This document shows positions 24,453 to 33,087 of a stretch of 64,000 bases of DNA, in pieces (position 1 is the first letter of the stretch; each line of letters starts with the position of its first letter). Source of the stretch: Oceanispirochaeta sp. Lineage in GTDB: Bacteria > Spirochaetota > Spirochaetia > DSM-2461. Where the stretch lies: positions 96,001 to 160,000 of the forward strand of contig CAXXXD010000002.1 in NCBI GenBank assembly GCA_963663385.2, read 5' to 3'. The position numbers were made by a program, and so were the translations under genes. Below the pieces are notes generated by a model, which was not told the DNA's origin, made no database searches, and worked only from the letters and a program-made list of their open reading frames with translations.

Positions 24453-25213
24453 ATGTACTGCAGGAGACCATAGAGATCAGGATGAACGACTTAGGGCTGG
24501 AGTTTATGGCGGCGGGGTTGGAGAGCTTCCTTGAAGCTCAATCTCACACAGAAAACACTCTCTCTCAGTCAATTGCAGACCTATTGGAACTGGAGTACGT
24601 TCCCCGTAAGGAGAGAGCTGCAAAAAGCCGTCTGAAGCTCTCTGGAATGCCATCGATCAAGCTATTAGAGGACTTCGACCTATCCTGGTTGAAGGGAGGA
24701 TTGACCGCTGCTCAACTGGCAGAGTTTTCTAGTCTGGCTTTCATTGAAAGAAAGGAAAATCTAGTACTGATGGGGCCAAGTGGATTGGGTAAAACCCATT
24801 TGATGCTAGCTCTGGCTCATAAAGCCTGTCAGAATGGTTATACTGTATGGTATACAAGCTGCATCGATCTGATGGAGAATCTGACCCATGCCCGGGAGCA
24901 GGGGCGGTTGAAGCGACGGCTTACCTGGCTTAGAAAGCCTCATCTCATCCTTATCGATGAAGTTGGCTACGAGAACCTGACGAAAGAACAGGCCAACTTG
25001 TTTTTTCAGATTGTAAACACCCGCTATGAACAAGGCAGTATGATCATCACCACAAACAAGTCTTTCGGTCGTTGGGCTGAGATTCTGGATGATGAAGCCA
25101 TTGCGACAGCGACTATAGACAGGCTCCTTCACCATGCACATGTCCTGAGTCTTAAAGGGGATTCATACCGGATGAAAGACCGGTTGAAAATAGGGATCGT
25201 TGATCCTGTTTAA
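24449..25213 (+). CDS. istB: IS21 helper ATPase IstB
   Basis: GPSGLGKTHL, LILIDEVGY, ITTN, IDRLLHHA, GDSYR; ATGA overlap with istA. Confidence 0.95.
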   Translation: MNVLQETIEIRMNDLGLEFMAAGLESFLEAQSHTENTLSQSIADLLELEYVPRKERAAKSRLKLSGMPSIKLLEDFDLSWLKGGLTAAQLAEFSSLAFIERKENLVLMGPSGLGKTHLMLALAHKACQNGYTVWYTSCIDLMENLTHAREQGRLKRRLTWLRKPHLILIDEVGYENLTKEQANLFFQIVNTRYEQGSMIITTNKSFGRWAEILDDEAIATATIDRLLHHAHVLSLKGDSYRMKDRLKIGIVDPV

Positions 25214-25589
25214 TTTTACCCAGAAGCGGAACTTTTAAACCGTTGAAATGAGGAACTTTTTCACCGCTGTTGACAGAAATTGTTTTCCCGCTCTGTTTTT
25301 GTTCTTCGATTAATTCAGGCCAATTCCAGTTGGTCATATTAGGTTCCTCCATGATTTTTCATGGAGTATATAATCATTTCGAAATCACGCAAGATGGAGA
25401 GAATTACCGCTTACTTATAATCAATCGCGACATATTATTTAAAGTAGTGTTCGGGATGCGAAATAAAAATTCTAAAAGTAAAGGATATTGTTTCTGACTT
25501 AATCTGACGAAAGAACAGATCGCGGAGTTTTGAATCGGTTGTAAAGGGTGAGGGGATACGACTCGGGAAGTATCTTGTCTCGGGTGTTT

Positions 25590-26096
25590 CTAGTTGGTAT
25601 TTTCTGAAATCTCTTCACAAATCTCGTCGAGGGATTTTTCTACGGATCTCATGAAAACCATCATCATATCCAACAGACCCTTATCGTACTGGTCTGCAAA
25701 ATGGAAGAGTTTTTTTAACAGATGATCATACATGAAATTCTTGTAATCGAGGAATACAGCTTCACCTTTTTTGGTTAACATTACAAATATTTCTTTCCTG
25801 TTTGAAACTTTTCTATAGCGTTGAAGCAGCTCCCGGTTTTCAAGCTTTTTTATGGTTTTTGTAATAGCCGCTTTTGTTACTCCCAGTTTACTCGCCAAAC
25901 TGGTCATGTTATGATCCCTGTCTTTAACGATCTGACTCATAACAATTGCTTCGGAAAATGAAATAGAACTGTTTTCAACAAAACTTATCTGTATGTTTTG
26001 AAGGATAGAATATTTATTTAATAGTTTTACTGTAAGGTCAATAAAATCATGATATTCCACTAAATCTTCCATTTCGGTATTATCGTCATTTTTCAA
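25590..26096 (-). CDS. MarR-family transcriptional regulator
   Basis: wHTH LASKLGVTKAAITKTIKKLENRELL...NRKEIFVMLTKKG. Confidence 0.85.
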   Translation of the reverse strand: MKNDDNTEMEDLVEYHDFIDLTVKLLNKYSILQNIQISFVENSSISFSEAIVMSQIVKDRDHNMTSLASKLGVTKAAITKTIKKLENRELLQRYRKVSNRKEIFVMLTKKGEAVFLDYKNFMYDHLLKKLFHFADQYDKGLLDMMMVFMRSVEKSLDEICEEISENTN

Positions 26097-26228
26097 TTAA
26101 ATGTATACAGGATATCCAATTGATTTTGACTATATAGAATGCGCTTTGAATCGTTATTTTAACTTTCAAGACTGGAACAAATCTCAACGTAATTTGCGAA
26201 GAGAACCGGACTTATCGTATTTTCTGAA

Positions 26229-26254
26229 AAGGGTCCCGAAGTTTCAGGACCCTT
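26229..26254 (-). terminator. Hairpin/terminator after the binding-protein gene
   Basis: AAGGGTCC...GGACCCTT, with a T-run on the minus strand. Confidence 0.65.
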
Positions 26255-26269
26255 ATGGTTATCCTTAAA

Positions 26270-28009
26270 CTATTTCCACTGTTTAATCAGCTCTTCATAA
26301 GCAATTGTCCTGGGTTCTTCATCCGGTCGTTCCGGTTTGGGAGATCCCGGTTGATCAAGCCAGTACTGAGGATCTCTCTCCGGATTCAATTCAGGAGAAA
26401 ACTGAACAAGGTTCATCTTTCCCATCAGATCATCCATATCCCGAGCCAGGTTGTCCATTGATTCCTGGGGTGTCGTTTCACCGGTAACTGCAGTTGCAAT
26501 ATTTTTCCACCACTGTTCGGCAAGAAGGGGATAATGCGGGACATTGGGTCCTGAATCAGTCCACATATACTCAACTGGTGATTTGTAGAATGTTACGATA
26601 CCGCCGTATGTTCCTTTTTCCTCTTCCTTAGCCAGATAATCCGAGAAAACGGTAGATTTACGGACAGGGGTTCTTCCTTCGATGAATTTTCTCAAACTGA
26701 CAGTTTTTGAGCTGGCAAACTGTGCCCAGAGCCATGCTGCTGCACGCTGATCACCGGTTACGCTGTCCTTAAGAATAGTCCAGCTGCCAGCGTCCTGATA
26801 ACCGACCTTCATTCCTTCGTCCCAGTATTTTCCATGTGGAGTAGGGGCAACGCGCCATAGGGGTTTACCGTTCTCATCTGTTACAGGACTGTCAGGATCG
26901 TTGAACGCAGGATCAGCCAGCCAGGTGATATACTGGAAGGGCCGCTGTGCAATATTTCCTCTGGAAGGAGTAGGTCCCGCTTCTGACCATGTCATGGAAG
27001 CGGCATAGTCGGGAGCATAGTTTTTCATCCAGTCTACATATTTTGTCAGGGCATAAACTGCTGCAGGGCTGTTTACAGCACCACCACGTGAAACACTGGC
27101 ACCGCGGGGAATCTTGTTTTCAACACGAATACCCCATTCATCAACCGGCAGACCATTGGGGATCCCAACATCTCCACAACCAGCAATGGAAAGCCATGCA
27201 TCGGTAAAACGCCATCCCAGTGAGGGTGATTTTTTACCATAGTCCATATGGCCGTAAACTTTTACACCATCGATAGTACCGTTGCCATTCACTTCATTGG
27301 TGAAGAAGTTGGCAATATCTTCGTAGGCTGCCCAGTTAATGGGAACACCGAGGTCGTAACCGTAAATCTTTTTGAACTGAGCCATAATTTCAGGATCCGT
27401 AAACCAGTCATACCTGAACCAGTACAGGTTTGCAAATGCCTGATCAGGAAGCTGCAGCTGGTTCCCGTCATAGTCCTGTCCGAACTCCAGGTTAAGGTAA
27501 TCGTTAAGGTCCAGCATCGGGTTGGTTACAGAGGCGCCTTCTCCAACCATATAGTTATTGAGGTTTAATGCGCTGTTTGCCCTGAGGTGTGTTCCTATCA
27601 TGTCTGCATCATTTACATAAATATCGTATAACTTTCTACCAGTTTGGATCTGACGCTGAACACGGTCGACTACTTCACCTTCACCGATTATGTCATGCTG
27701 AACTTTAATGCCTGTAATCTCCTCAAATGCTTTTGTCAGCACTTCAGATTCCCATTTATGGGTTGCAATCCCTTCCGCACAGGACACAACTACTATTCCT
27801 CTGTATGGTTCGGCTGCCTTGGCAAACCATTCCAGTTCTTGCCGCTGTTCCTCTGGCGTCAGAGCTGACGGAGTAAATACGTCAATCCATTTTTCGATTA
27901 CCTCATCGCTCAATTCAGAGGATCCCGTATCTTTCTGGCCCTCTGCCGTCAATAGGGTTGGTACCATCAATAAAGAGAGTACACAAAGAAACAATAGGGT
28001 TTTTTTCAT
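26270..28009 (-). CDS. glpV: Large ABC substrate-binding protein, GlpV-like (glycerol)
   Basis: 579 aa; signal peptide; LQLPDQAFANLYWFRYDWF, GVPINWAAYEDIA, WRFTDAWLS, PHGKYW..GMKVGYQDAGSWT; last gene of an S-T-P-Q-U-V arrangement. Confidence 0.75.
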   Translation of the reverse strand: MKKTLLFLCVLSLLMVPTLLTAEGQKDTGSSELSDEVIEKWIDVFTPSALTPEEQRQELEWFAKAAEPYRGIVVVSCAEGIATHKWESEVLTKAFEEITGIKVQHDIIGEGEVVDRVQRQIQTGRKLYDIYVNDADMIGTHLRANSALNLNNYMVGEGASVTNPMLDLNDYLNLEFGQDYDGNQLQLPDQAFANLYWFRYDWFTDPEIMAQFKKIYGYDLGVPINWAAYEDIANFFTNEVNGNGTIDGVKVYGHMDYGKKSPSLGWRFTDAWLSIAGCGDVGIPNGLPVDEWGIRVENKIPRGASVSRGGAVNSPAAVYALTKYVDWMKNYAPDYAASMTWSEAGPTPSRGNIAQRPFQYITWLADPAFNDPDSPVTDENGKPLWRVAPTPHGKYWDEGMKVGYQDAGSWTILKDSVTGDQRAAAWLWAQFASSKTVSLRKFIEGRTPVRKSTVFSDYLAKEEEKGTYGGIVTFYKSPVEYMWTDSGPNVPHYPLLAEQWWKNIATAVTGETTPQESMDNLARDMDDLMGKMNLVQFSPELNPERDPQYWLDQPGSPKPERPDEEPRTIAYEELIKQWK

Positions 28010-28085
28010 AAACCTCTCCTTTATATTTTTTGATTCTCTGTTTTAGTGAAATTGCAGTAAAATAATCCAAAACCTATAATTACTG

Positions 28086-28385
28086 TCAACCCCACATAAA
28101 AACACAGAAGAACCAAATTGCAATGATAAGAGCCGGAATCAGGAGAAATACATTCCCTATAATCCCCAGCCATAGAAGAAAAAATATTATGGATGAATAG
28201 ACGGCTATAAACAGTCTGTCTCCCCTGCCGGTTTCTATCGGAAGAAAGCCCTTTCTATCAATATTGGGTTTGAAAACACCCAGAACACTCAGGAAAATAA
28301 TCGCTCCGAATATTCCGACAATAAAAATTGCGCTTGGAAGAGTCCAATACATCCACTTGAAAGTCTGATAAAACCAATCTGTCAT
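28086..28385 (-). CDS. glpU: Small membrane protein, DUF2160/GlpU-like
   Basis: WMYWT and RKGFLPIETGRGDRLFI motifs; lies between the permease and the binding protein. Confidence 0.75.
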   Translation of the reverse strand: MTDWFYQTFKWMYWTLPSAIFIVGIFGAIIFLSVLGVFKPNIDRKGFLPIETGRGDRLFIAVYSSIIFFLLWLGIIGNVFLLIPALIIAIWFFCVFMWG

Positions 28386-28388
28386 CTG

Positions 28389-29213
28389 TTATACCCGTCC
28401 TAAGGCAAAACCTTTTGCCATGTTGTTTCTTACAAAATACACTACAAGAGCTCCGGGGATGATCGTCAGAACGCCAGCCGCTGCCAGCAGTCCCCATTTG
28501 ACTCCTTCTGCTCCAATACCAACCGTCAAGGTTACTACTACCGGTTTGGCATTAACAATTGTTGCTGCTTTTGCAATAATCAGTTCCACCCATGAAAAAG
28601 TGAAACTGAAAAATGCGGTTACACCAATTCCGGGAGCAATCAGTGGCAGGAAGATTTTTCTGAAAAAATGTACAAAACTATATCCGTCTACAAATGCTGT
28701 TTCATCAATCTCCTTTGGTATTCCGGACATAAATCCTTCCAGGATCCATATTGCCAGAGGAACATTGAATAAACAGTGTCCCAGGGCAACGGCCATATGG
28801 GTGTCGTGAATATGCAGTGTATAAAACAGTTCTGTAAAAGGGACAATAAATACGGCGGCAGGTGCCATTCGGTTGGTAAGTAGCCAGAAAAATAGGTGTT
28901 TGTCACCTATAAACTGATACCGGGAAAAGGCATATGCTGCAGGAATGGATACCAGAAGTACCATAACGACATTAATACCAACATAGAAGAAAGAGTTTGC
29001 AAAACTGCTTACCCAGACGCTTGAAGTGAATATTTCCTTATAGTTTTCCAGGGAGATATCTTTGGGAAAGTAGGATAATCCGCTCAGTATCTCCGTATCT
29101 GTTTTAAAGGAAGTGATCAGCATCCAGTAAATGGGGATGCTTAACAGGATAAAATAGATAATCAGGAAAATATACCTTTTCTTCAGTTTACTGTTATTGC
29201 TGCTATTACTCAT
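28389..29213 (-). CDS. glpQ: Carbohydrate ABC permease, GlpQ-like
   Basis: PIYWMLITSFK, EAA loop IPKEIDETAFVDG, C-terminal KGFALGRV. Confidence 0.8.
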   Translation of the reverse strand: MSNSSNNSKLKKRYIFLIIYFILLSIPIYWMLITSFKTDTEILSGLSYFPKDISLENYKEIFTSSVWVSSFANSFFYVGINVVMVLLVSIPAAYAFSRYQFIGDKHLFFWLLTNRMAPAAVFIVPFTELFYTLHIHDTHMAVALGHCLFNVPLAIWILEGFMSGIPKEIDETAFVDGYSFVHFFRKIFLPLIAPGIGVTAFFSFTFSWVELIIAKAATIVNAKPVVVTLTVGIGAEGVKWGLLAAAGVLTIIPGALVVYFVRNNMAKGFALGRV

Positions 29214-30079
29214 GATTCCTGCCCCTTACTCTGTCCTACTCGATTTAATACCTGAAAAAACAACCAACTGACAACCAGAACAATAACCAGATAGATGATG
29301 GAAACGGCGCCTGCATAACCCAGTTCATAGGATTCAGCTTTTCTTGCTACAAACATGCTCATATATGTGGTTGTGTCGCCAGGGCCGCCGCCTGTCAGAA
29401 GCAATGGTTCCGCATATATCTTGAATGAATCCATAAACCGTAAAAGGAATCCCAGAACCAGAACAGGTCTTAACTTGGGTAAAGTAACATACCGGAATGT
29501 ATTCCAGGTGGAAGCCCCGTCAATCTCCGCTGCTCTGAAAAATGCGTTTGGAATGGCAAGGTATCCGGAGTATGCCAGAAGGACTACCAATGGGGTCCAG
29601 TGCCATACATCAAGGATGAAAATTGTAAGTGTGGCATCCAGTGCATTAAGCGAAACATTGTAGGAGTAATTGATCCAGCTCAGTATTTCAGGAATCAAAC
29701 CTATATCGGACTGGGTAAACAGCCGCCATACGATGCCTACTACATTATAGGGAATCAAAAGGGGAATCCCTAAAAGGACGAGTGATATCCCGACGCCAAT
29801 CCCTTTTTTCGGAAGAGAGAGAGCTATCATTATTCCCAGGGGAATTTCCACGGCCAGGATGGCAATGCTGAAAAGGAGCTGCCGCCATAATGCCTGATGA
29901 AATTTCGGATCCGTTAAGACATCAACGTAATTGTTAAATCCCACAAACTCCGGGATCGATCCGGAAAAAATATAGTGCAGGGAATAGTTCAATACTGTCA
30001 TTAACGGAACAAAAGCTGTTATTGCCATTATGGCAAGTGCCGGAATTATAAGCAGCCATGCTTTGTTATCATAATTCAT
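29210..30079 (-). CDS. glpP: Carbohydrate ABC permease, GlpP-like
   Basis: DVWHWTPLV, RAAEIDGAS, LRFMDSF, LTGGGPG. Confidence 0.8.
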   Translation of the reverse strand: MNYDNKAWLLIIPALAIMAITAFVPLMTVLNYSLHYIFSGSIPEFVGFNNYVDVLTDPKFHQALWRQLLFSIAILAVEIPLGIMIALSLPKKGIGVGISLVLLGIPLLIPYNVVGIVWRLFTQSDIGLIPEILSWINYSYNVSLNALDATLTIFILDVWHWTPLVVLLAYSGYLAIPNAFFRAAEIDGASTWNTFRYVTLPKLRPVLVLGFLLRFMDSFKIYAEPLLLTGGGPGDTTTYMSMFVARKAESYELGYAGAVSIIYLVIVLVVSWLFFQVLNRVGQSKGQES

Positions 30080-30121
30080 TAGTATTCCTCCAATCAGATA
30101 CTTTATTTAATCTAATCTTTT

Positions 30122-31225
30122 TTAATTGAAATCGATTCTTCTGCCTTCGTTGAAAAATTTCAATTTATCCTGCTGAAGCTGAAGCCAGGAAGTATCACCT
30201 TCTTTTATCTTCAAGGACTCTTCTGCACGGCTTTTAATATTAATGTCTCCAAATACTGTCGTTACAATCTGATAGGCACCATTATCCTCTACCAGTTTTA
30301 CTTTTCCTGAAATACAGTCTTTTTCTTCTGAGGAAAATGTCTTTATATACTCAGGTCGTATCCCCAAGGTCAGCTTTCCCTTTGCGGATAACAGCTTTTC
30401 TGTAATATCCTGAGGGACAGAAATGGAGGTTCCGTCAAAACGGACAGTCTTCCCATCGGATACATCAATATCAAACAGATTCATCCCGGGGCTTCCGATA
30501 AAGAATCCTACAAAGGTATTTTCCGGTTCTTCATGAAGTACCTTGGGGGTTGCGACCTGGCAGATATTACCTACATCCATTACGGTTACCTCTTCGGCAA
30601 ATGTAAGGGCTTCATGCTGGTCATGAGTTACATAGATCATTGTGAAATTCAGTTCCTTCTGAACCTGTTTAAGTTTACGCCTCAAACCCCACTGAGCTTT
30701 AGGATCAATGACTGTAAGAGGTTCATCAAGGAGTACAGCAGCGGTATCGGGTCTTACAATTCCACGACCCAACGAGACTTTTTGTTTATCCGCAGGTGTC
30801 AGTCTGCCTACTGACAGATTCAGCAGATTGGTGATCTCAAGAATCTCTGCAACCTCATGAACACGCTTGCTTATCTGCGATCTTTCCATCCCGTCATTCT
30901 GAAGAGGAAAGGCGATATTGCCGTAGACGCTCATTGATTCATACACAACCGGAAACTGAAAAACCTGAGCGATATGTCTCTTTCTTGCTGTCAGTTGAGT
31001 AACATCTTCACCGTCAAAGAGAACCTGTCCTCTGGTGGGAACACGTAAACCGGAAATTATTTCCAGAAGTGTAGTCTTTCCGCAGCCGGACGGTCCGAGG
31101 AGCGCTATTGCCGATCCGTTTTCATAGGTAATATTAATATCCTGAACAGCGTATTTGGGGTTTTCAGTTTTACCGGCCGCCAAATCATAACTATGCCATA
31201 TATCTCTTAATTCTATCGTAGCCAT
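30122..31225 (-). CDS. glpT: ABC ATP-binding protein, GlpT-like
   Basis: GPSGCGKT, degenerate signature LTPADKQK, LLDEPLTVIDP, C-terminal TOBE-like region. Confidence 0.8.
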   Translation of the reverse strand: MATIELRDIWHSYDLAAGKTENPKYAVQDINITYENGSAIALLGPSGCGKTTLLEIISGLRVPTRGQVLFDGEDVTQLTARKRHIAQVFQFPVVYESMSVYGNIAFPLQNDGMERSQISKRVHEVAEILEITNLLNLSVGRLTPADKQKVSLGRGIVRPDTAAVLLDEPLTVIDPKAQWGLRRKLKQVQKELNFTMIYVTHDQHEALTFAEEVTVMDVGNICQVATPKVLHEEPENTFVGFFIGSPGMNLFDIDVSDGKTVRFDGTSISVPQDITEKLLSAKGKLTLGIRPEYIKTFSSEEKDCISGKVKLVEDNGAYQIVTTVFGDINIKSRAEESLKIKEGDTSWLQLQQDKLKFFNEGRRIDFN

Positions 31226-31238
31226 ATTCTATCTATCC

Positions 31239-32342
31239 TTATTTGTCTGACCAGGTTTTGGCGTGTAATTCATGAGTGTATTTATCAAAAATATAAAACC
31301 GCTCAGGATTTAAATAAATTTTTATAGCTTCCCCAATATCAAATGTAATGATGTCCTGAACCAGTGCTATGATATTTTTCCCGCCATGTTCAATATGAAT
31401 CTCGGTATCCGAACCTACCGCTTCTGTCAGCTGTATAAAGCCGTCAATTTCTATATCGGATTTACTTTTTCTGGTCAGTGAGACTTCATGGGCATGTATT
31501 CCCAGGTAATAGGAGTTGTTTTCCAGTTTATTATGAAGCTTTGAGACATCAACTTTAAATTCCTCCGTTACCTTTATGTACAGGCGTCCGTCGTCTTCAA
31601 CTTTTTTTCCTTCAAGAATATTCATGGTGGGGTTGCTGAAATACTCTCCGACTTCAAGATATTTCGGGTTTTTGTACACCTCTTTTACCGGACCATACTG
31701 AAGGATTTTTCCTTCCTGCATAAAACCGACATGGGATGCCATACCCATGGCATCTATCGGTTCGGGGGTGGCATAGATAATAGCTCCGCCCTTTCTGCTG
31801 AAGATCAATTTCAGTTCACCCCGAAGTTCCTCCCTGAGTTTGTAATCAAGGTTTGCCAGGGGTTCATCCAGAAAAACATACTTTGTTCCCTTGGCAAGGG
31901 CTCTTGCAATGGCTGTACGCTGCTGCTGACCGCCGCTCACTTCTTCCGGTAAATGATCCAGAACATGACTGATACCGAGGAGTTCTGCATTGGATCTGAC
32001 TTTTTCATCAATTTCCTTTTCGGTATATTTTGTTTTGGAAACTCTCAAAGGCGATGCAATGTTTTCATAGATGGTAAATGAAGGGTAGTTTACAAACTGC
32101 TGATATACCATCGACACATTCCGCTGCTGTACTGACAGTCTGGTTACATCGACATCATCGTACAGGATCCTGCCGTTTGTCGGTTTTTCGATTCCCGCTA
32201 TGATTTTCAGCAAAGATGTTTTTCCCGATCCGGTGGGTGCGAGCAGTACAGAAAAATCCCCGTCGTTTACAACCAGATTGACTTTATCCAAAATCTTGTA
32301 GCCCTGGTGAACCTTTGTCACATTTTCAATAACAATCCCCAT
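31239..32342 (-). CDS. glpS: ABC ATP-binding protein, GlpS-like
   Basis: APTGSGKT, MVYQQFVNYP, VSGGQQQR, DEPLANLDYKLRE; start ATG 32342 after AAGGAA. Confidence 0.8.
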   Translation of the reverse strand: MGIVIENVTKVHQGYKILDKVNLVVNDGDFSVLLAPTGSGKTSLLKIIAGIEKPTNGRILYDDVDVTRLSVQQRNVSMVYQQFVNYPSFTIYENIASPLRVSKTKYTEKEIDEKVRSNAELLGISHVLDHLPEEVSGGQQQRTAIARALAKGTKYVFLDEPLANLDYKLREELRGELKLIFSRKGGAIIYATPEPIDAMGMASHVGFMQEGKILQYGPVKEVYKNPKYLEVGEYFSNPTMNILEGKKVEDDGRLYIKVTEEFKVDVSKLHNKLENNSYYLGIHAHEVSLTRKSKSDIEIDGFIQLTEAVGSDTEIHIEHGGKNIIALVQDIITFDIGEAIKIYLNPERFYIFDKYTHELHAKTWSDK

Positions 32343-32368
32343 AAACTTATCTGTTCCTTTTTTTTCGA

Positions 32369-32408
32369 TTAACTTAGTTAACATTATCATGAATACAGCA
32401 CATGTCAA
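32369..32408 (-). promoter_or_regulatory. Promoter of the glp-like operon with a palindromic operator
   Basis: Minus-strand TTGACA (32408-32403), 16 nt, TAATGT, abutting the palindrome TTAACTTAGTTAA (32369-32381). Confidence 0.6.
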
Positions 32409-33022
32409 GAAAAATTATGAACGAAATATATAAAAACGATCATATAAAAACAACAACGATCAAAATTAATTTTTTTATATAATAAATATATGTATTTTAT
32501 ATGTTGTCGGACAATTATCGATATTTTCATATTGATTATTGAAGGGTTTGGGAGAAAAGGGCTTCTTATATTTATTTTTCACATCAGGTATGAAAAAGTT
32601 ATATGTGAATAAAGTGTTATTGAAATGAATAATACAGTAATATAGAAGGTAATTAATGCAGAATACGTAAACGTAAAGACAAAATTACTGGTGGTGAAAT
32701 CCTGAAAAAATACAAAAATGTCTGTGACAGCTTCATTTGAATTAATATAAAAACAAACATTCTTTTTTATAAATTTAATGATATCTATCTGATCGATTTA
32801 CTGTTGGTTTTTAGAATTCTTCTTTGATTTACCAGGTATAGTTATTTTGTTTTTAAAATGATTTTTTGTCTTTCTACACACTTCGGCAGGGCTGACGAAT
32901 ATCCATACTTCAAAATATTGAATCGTTCTGGGCTGCGGGTCAGCATTTTAAAGATGGAAGCAGTTTCTTCAAAGTGACAGGATTATAATCCCGGTTCAGA
33001 TATATACCATCCTTTCCCCGTG

Positions 33023-33072
33023 AAAAAGGGGCTATTGTTCAAGACGTTTCGACTTTTGCAGCAGCCCCTTGT
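33023..33072. repeat. Inverted-repeat element / terminator downstream of the lipoprotein gene
   Basis: AAGGGGCTATTG...CAGCAGCCCCTT with the core GACTTTTGCAGCAGCCCC. Confidence 0.55.
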
Positions 33073-33087
33073 TCATGTGTTTTTTTT

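Larger units (their letters stand above)
23045..25275 (+). mobile_element. IS21-family element
   Basis: TG...CA ends; imperfect TIR TGTGAGCAACGGTG / TGTCAACAGCGGTG; repeated subterminal motifs (AGTTCC / GGAACT); 5-bp duplication GAAAT (23040-23044 and 25276-25280). Confidence 0.93.
22820..25337 (-). pseudogene. tnpA: IS66 tnpA interrupted by IS21 (5' part 25337-25276, 3' part 23039-22820)
   Basis: Removing the IS21 and one GAAAT copy restores an in-frame 93-aa ORF, MTNWNWPELIEEQKQSGKTISEFCADKGVHYTSFY..., with a GGAGG RBS and TAATG coupling to tnpB. Confidence 0.9.
20827..25414 (-). mobile_element. IS66-family element containing a nested IS21
   Basis: TIR GTAAGCGGTAATTCT at both ends; 8-bp target duplication TTATAATC (20819-20826 and 25415-25422); tnpA-tnpB-tnpC order. 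Confidence 0.95.

Noticed and set aside
24976..25520. 15-nt match CTGACGAAAGAACAG between istB and the IS66 flank
   Set aside because: One or two 15-mer repeats are expected by chance in 64 kb, and the match does not extend.
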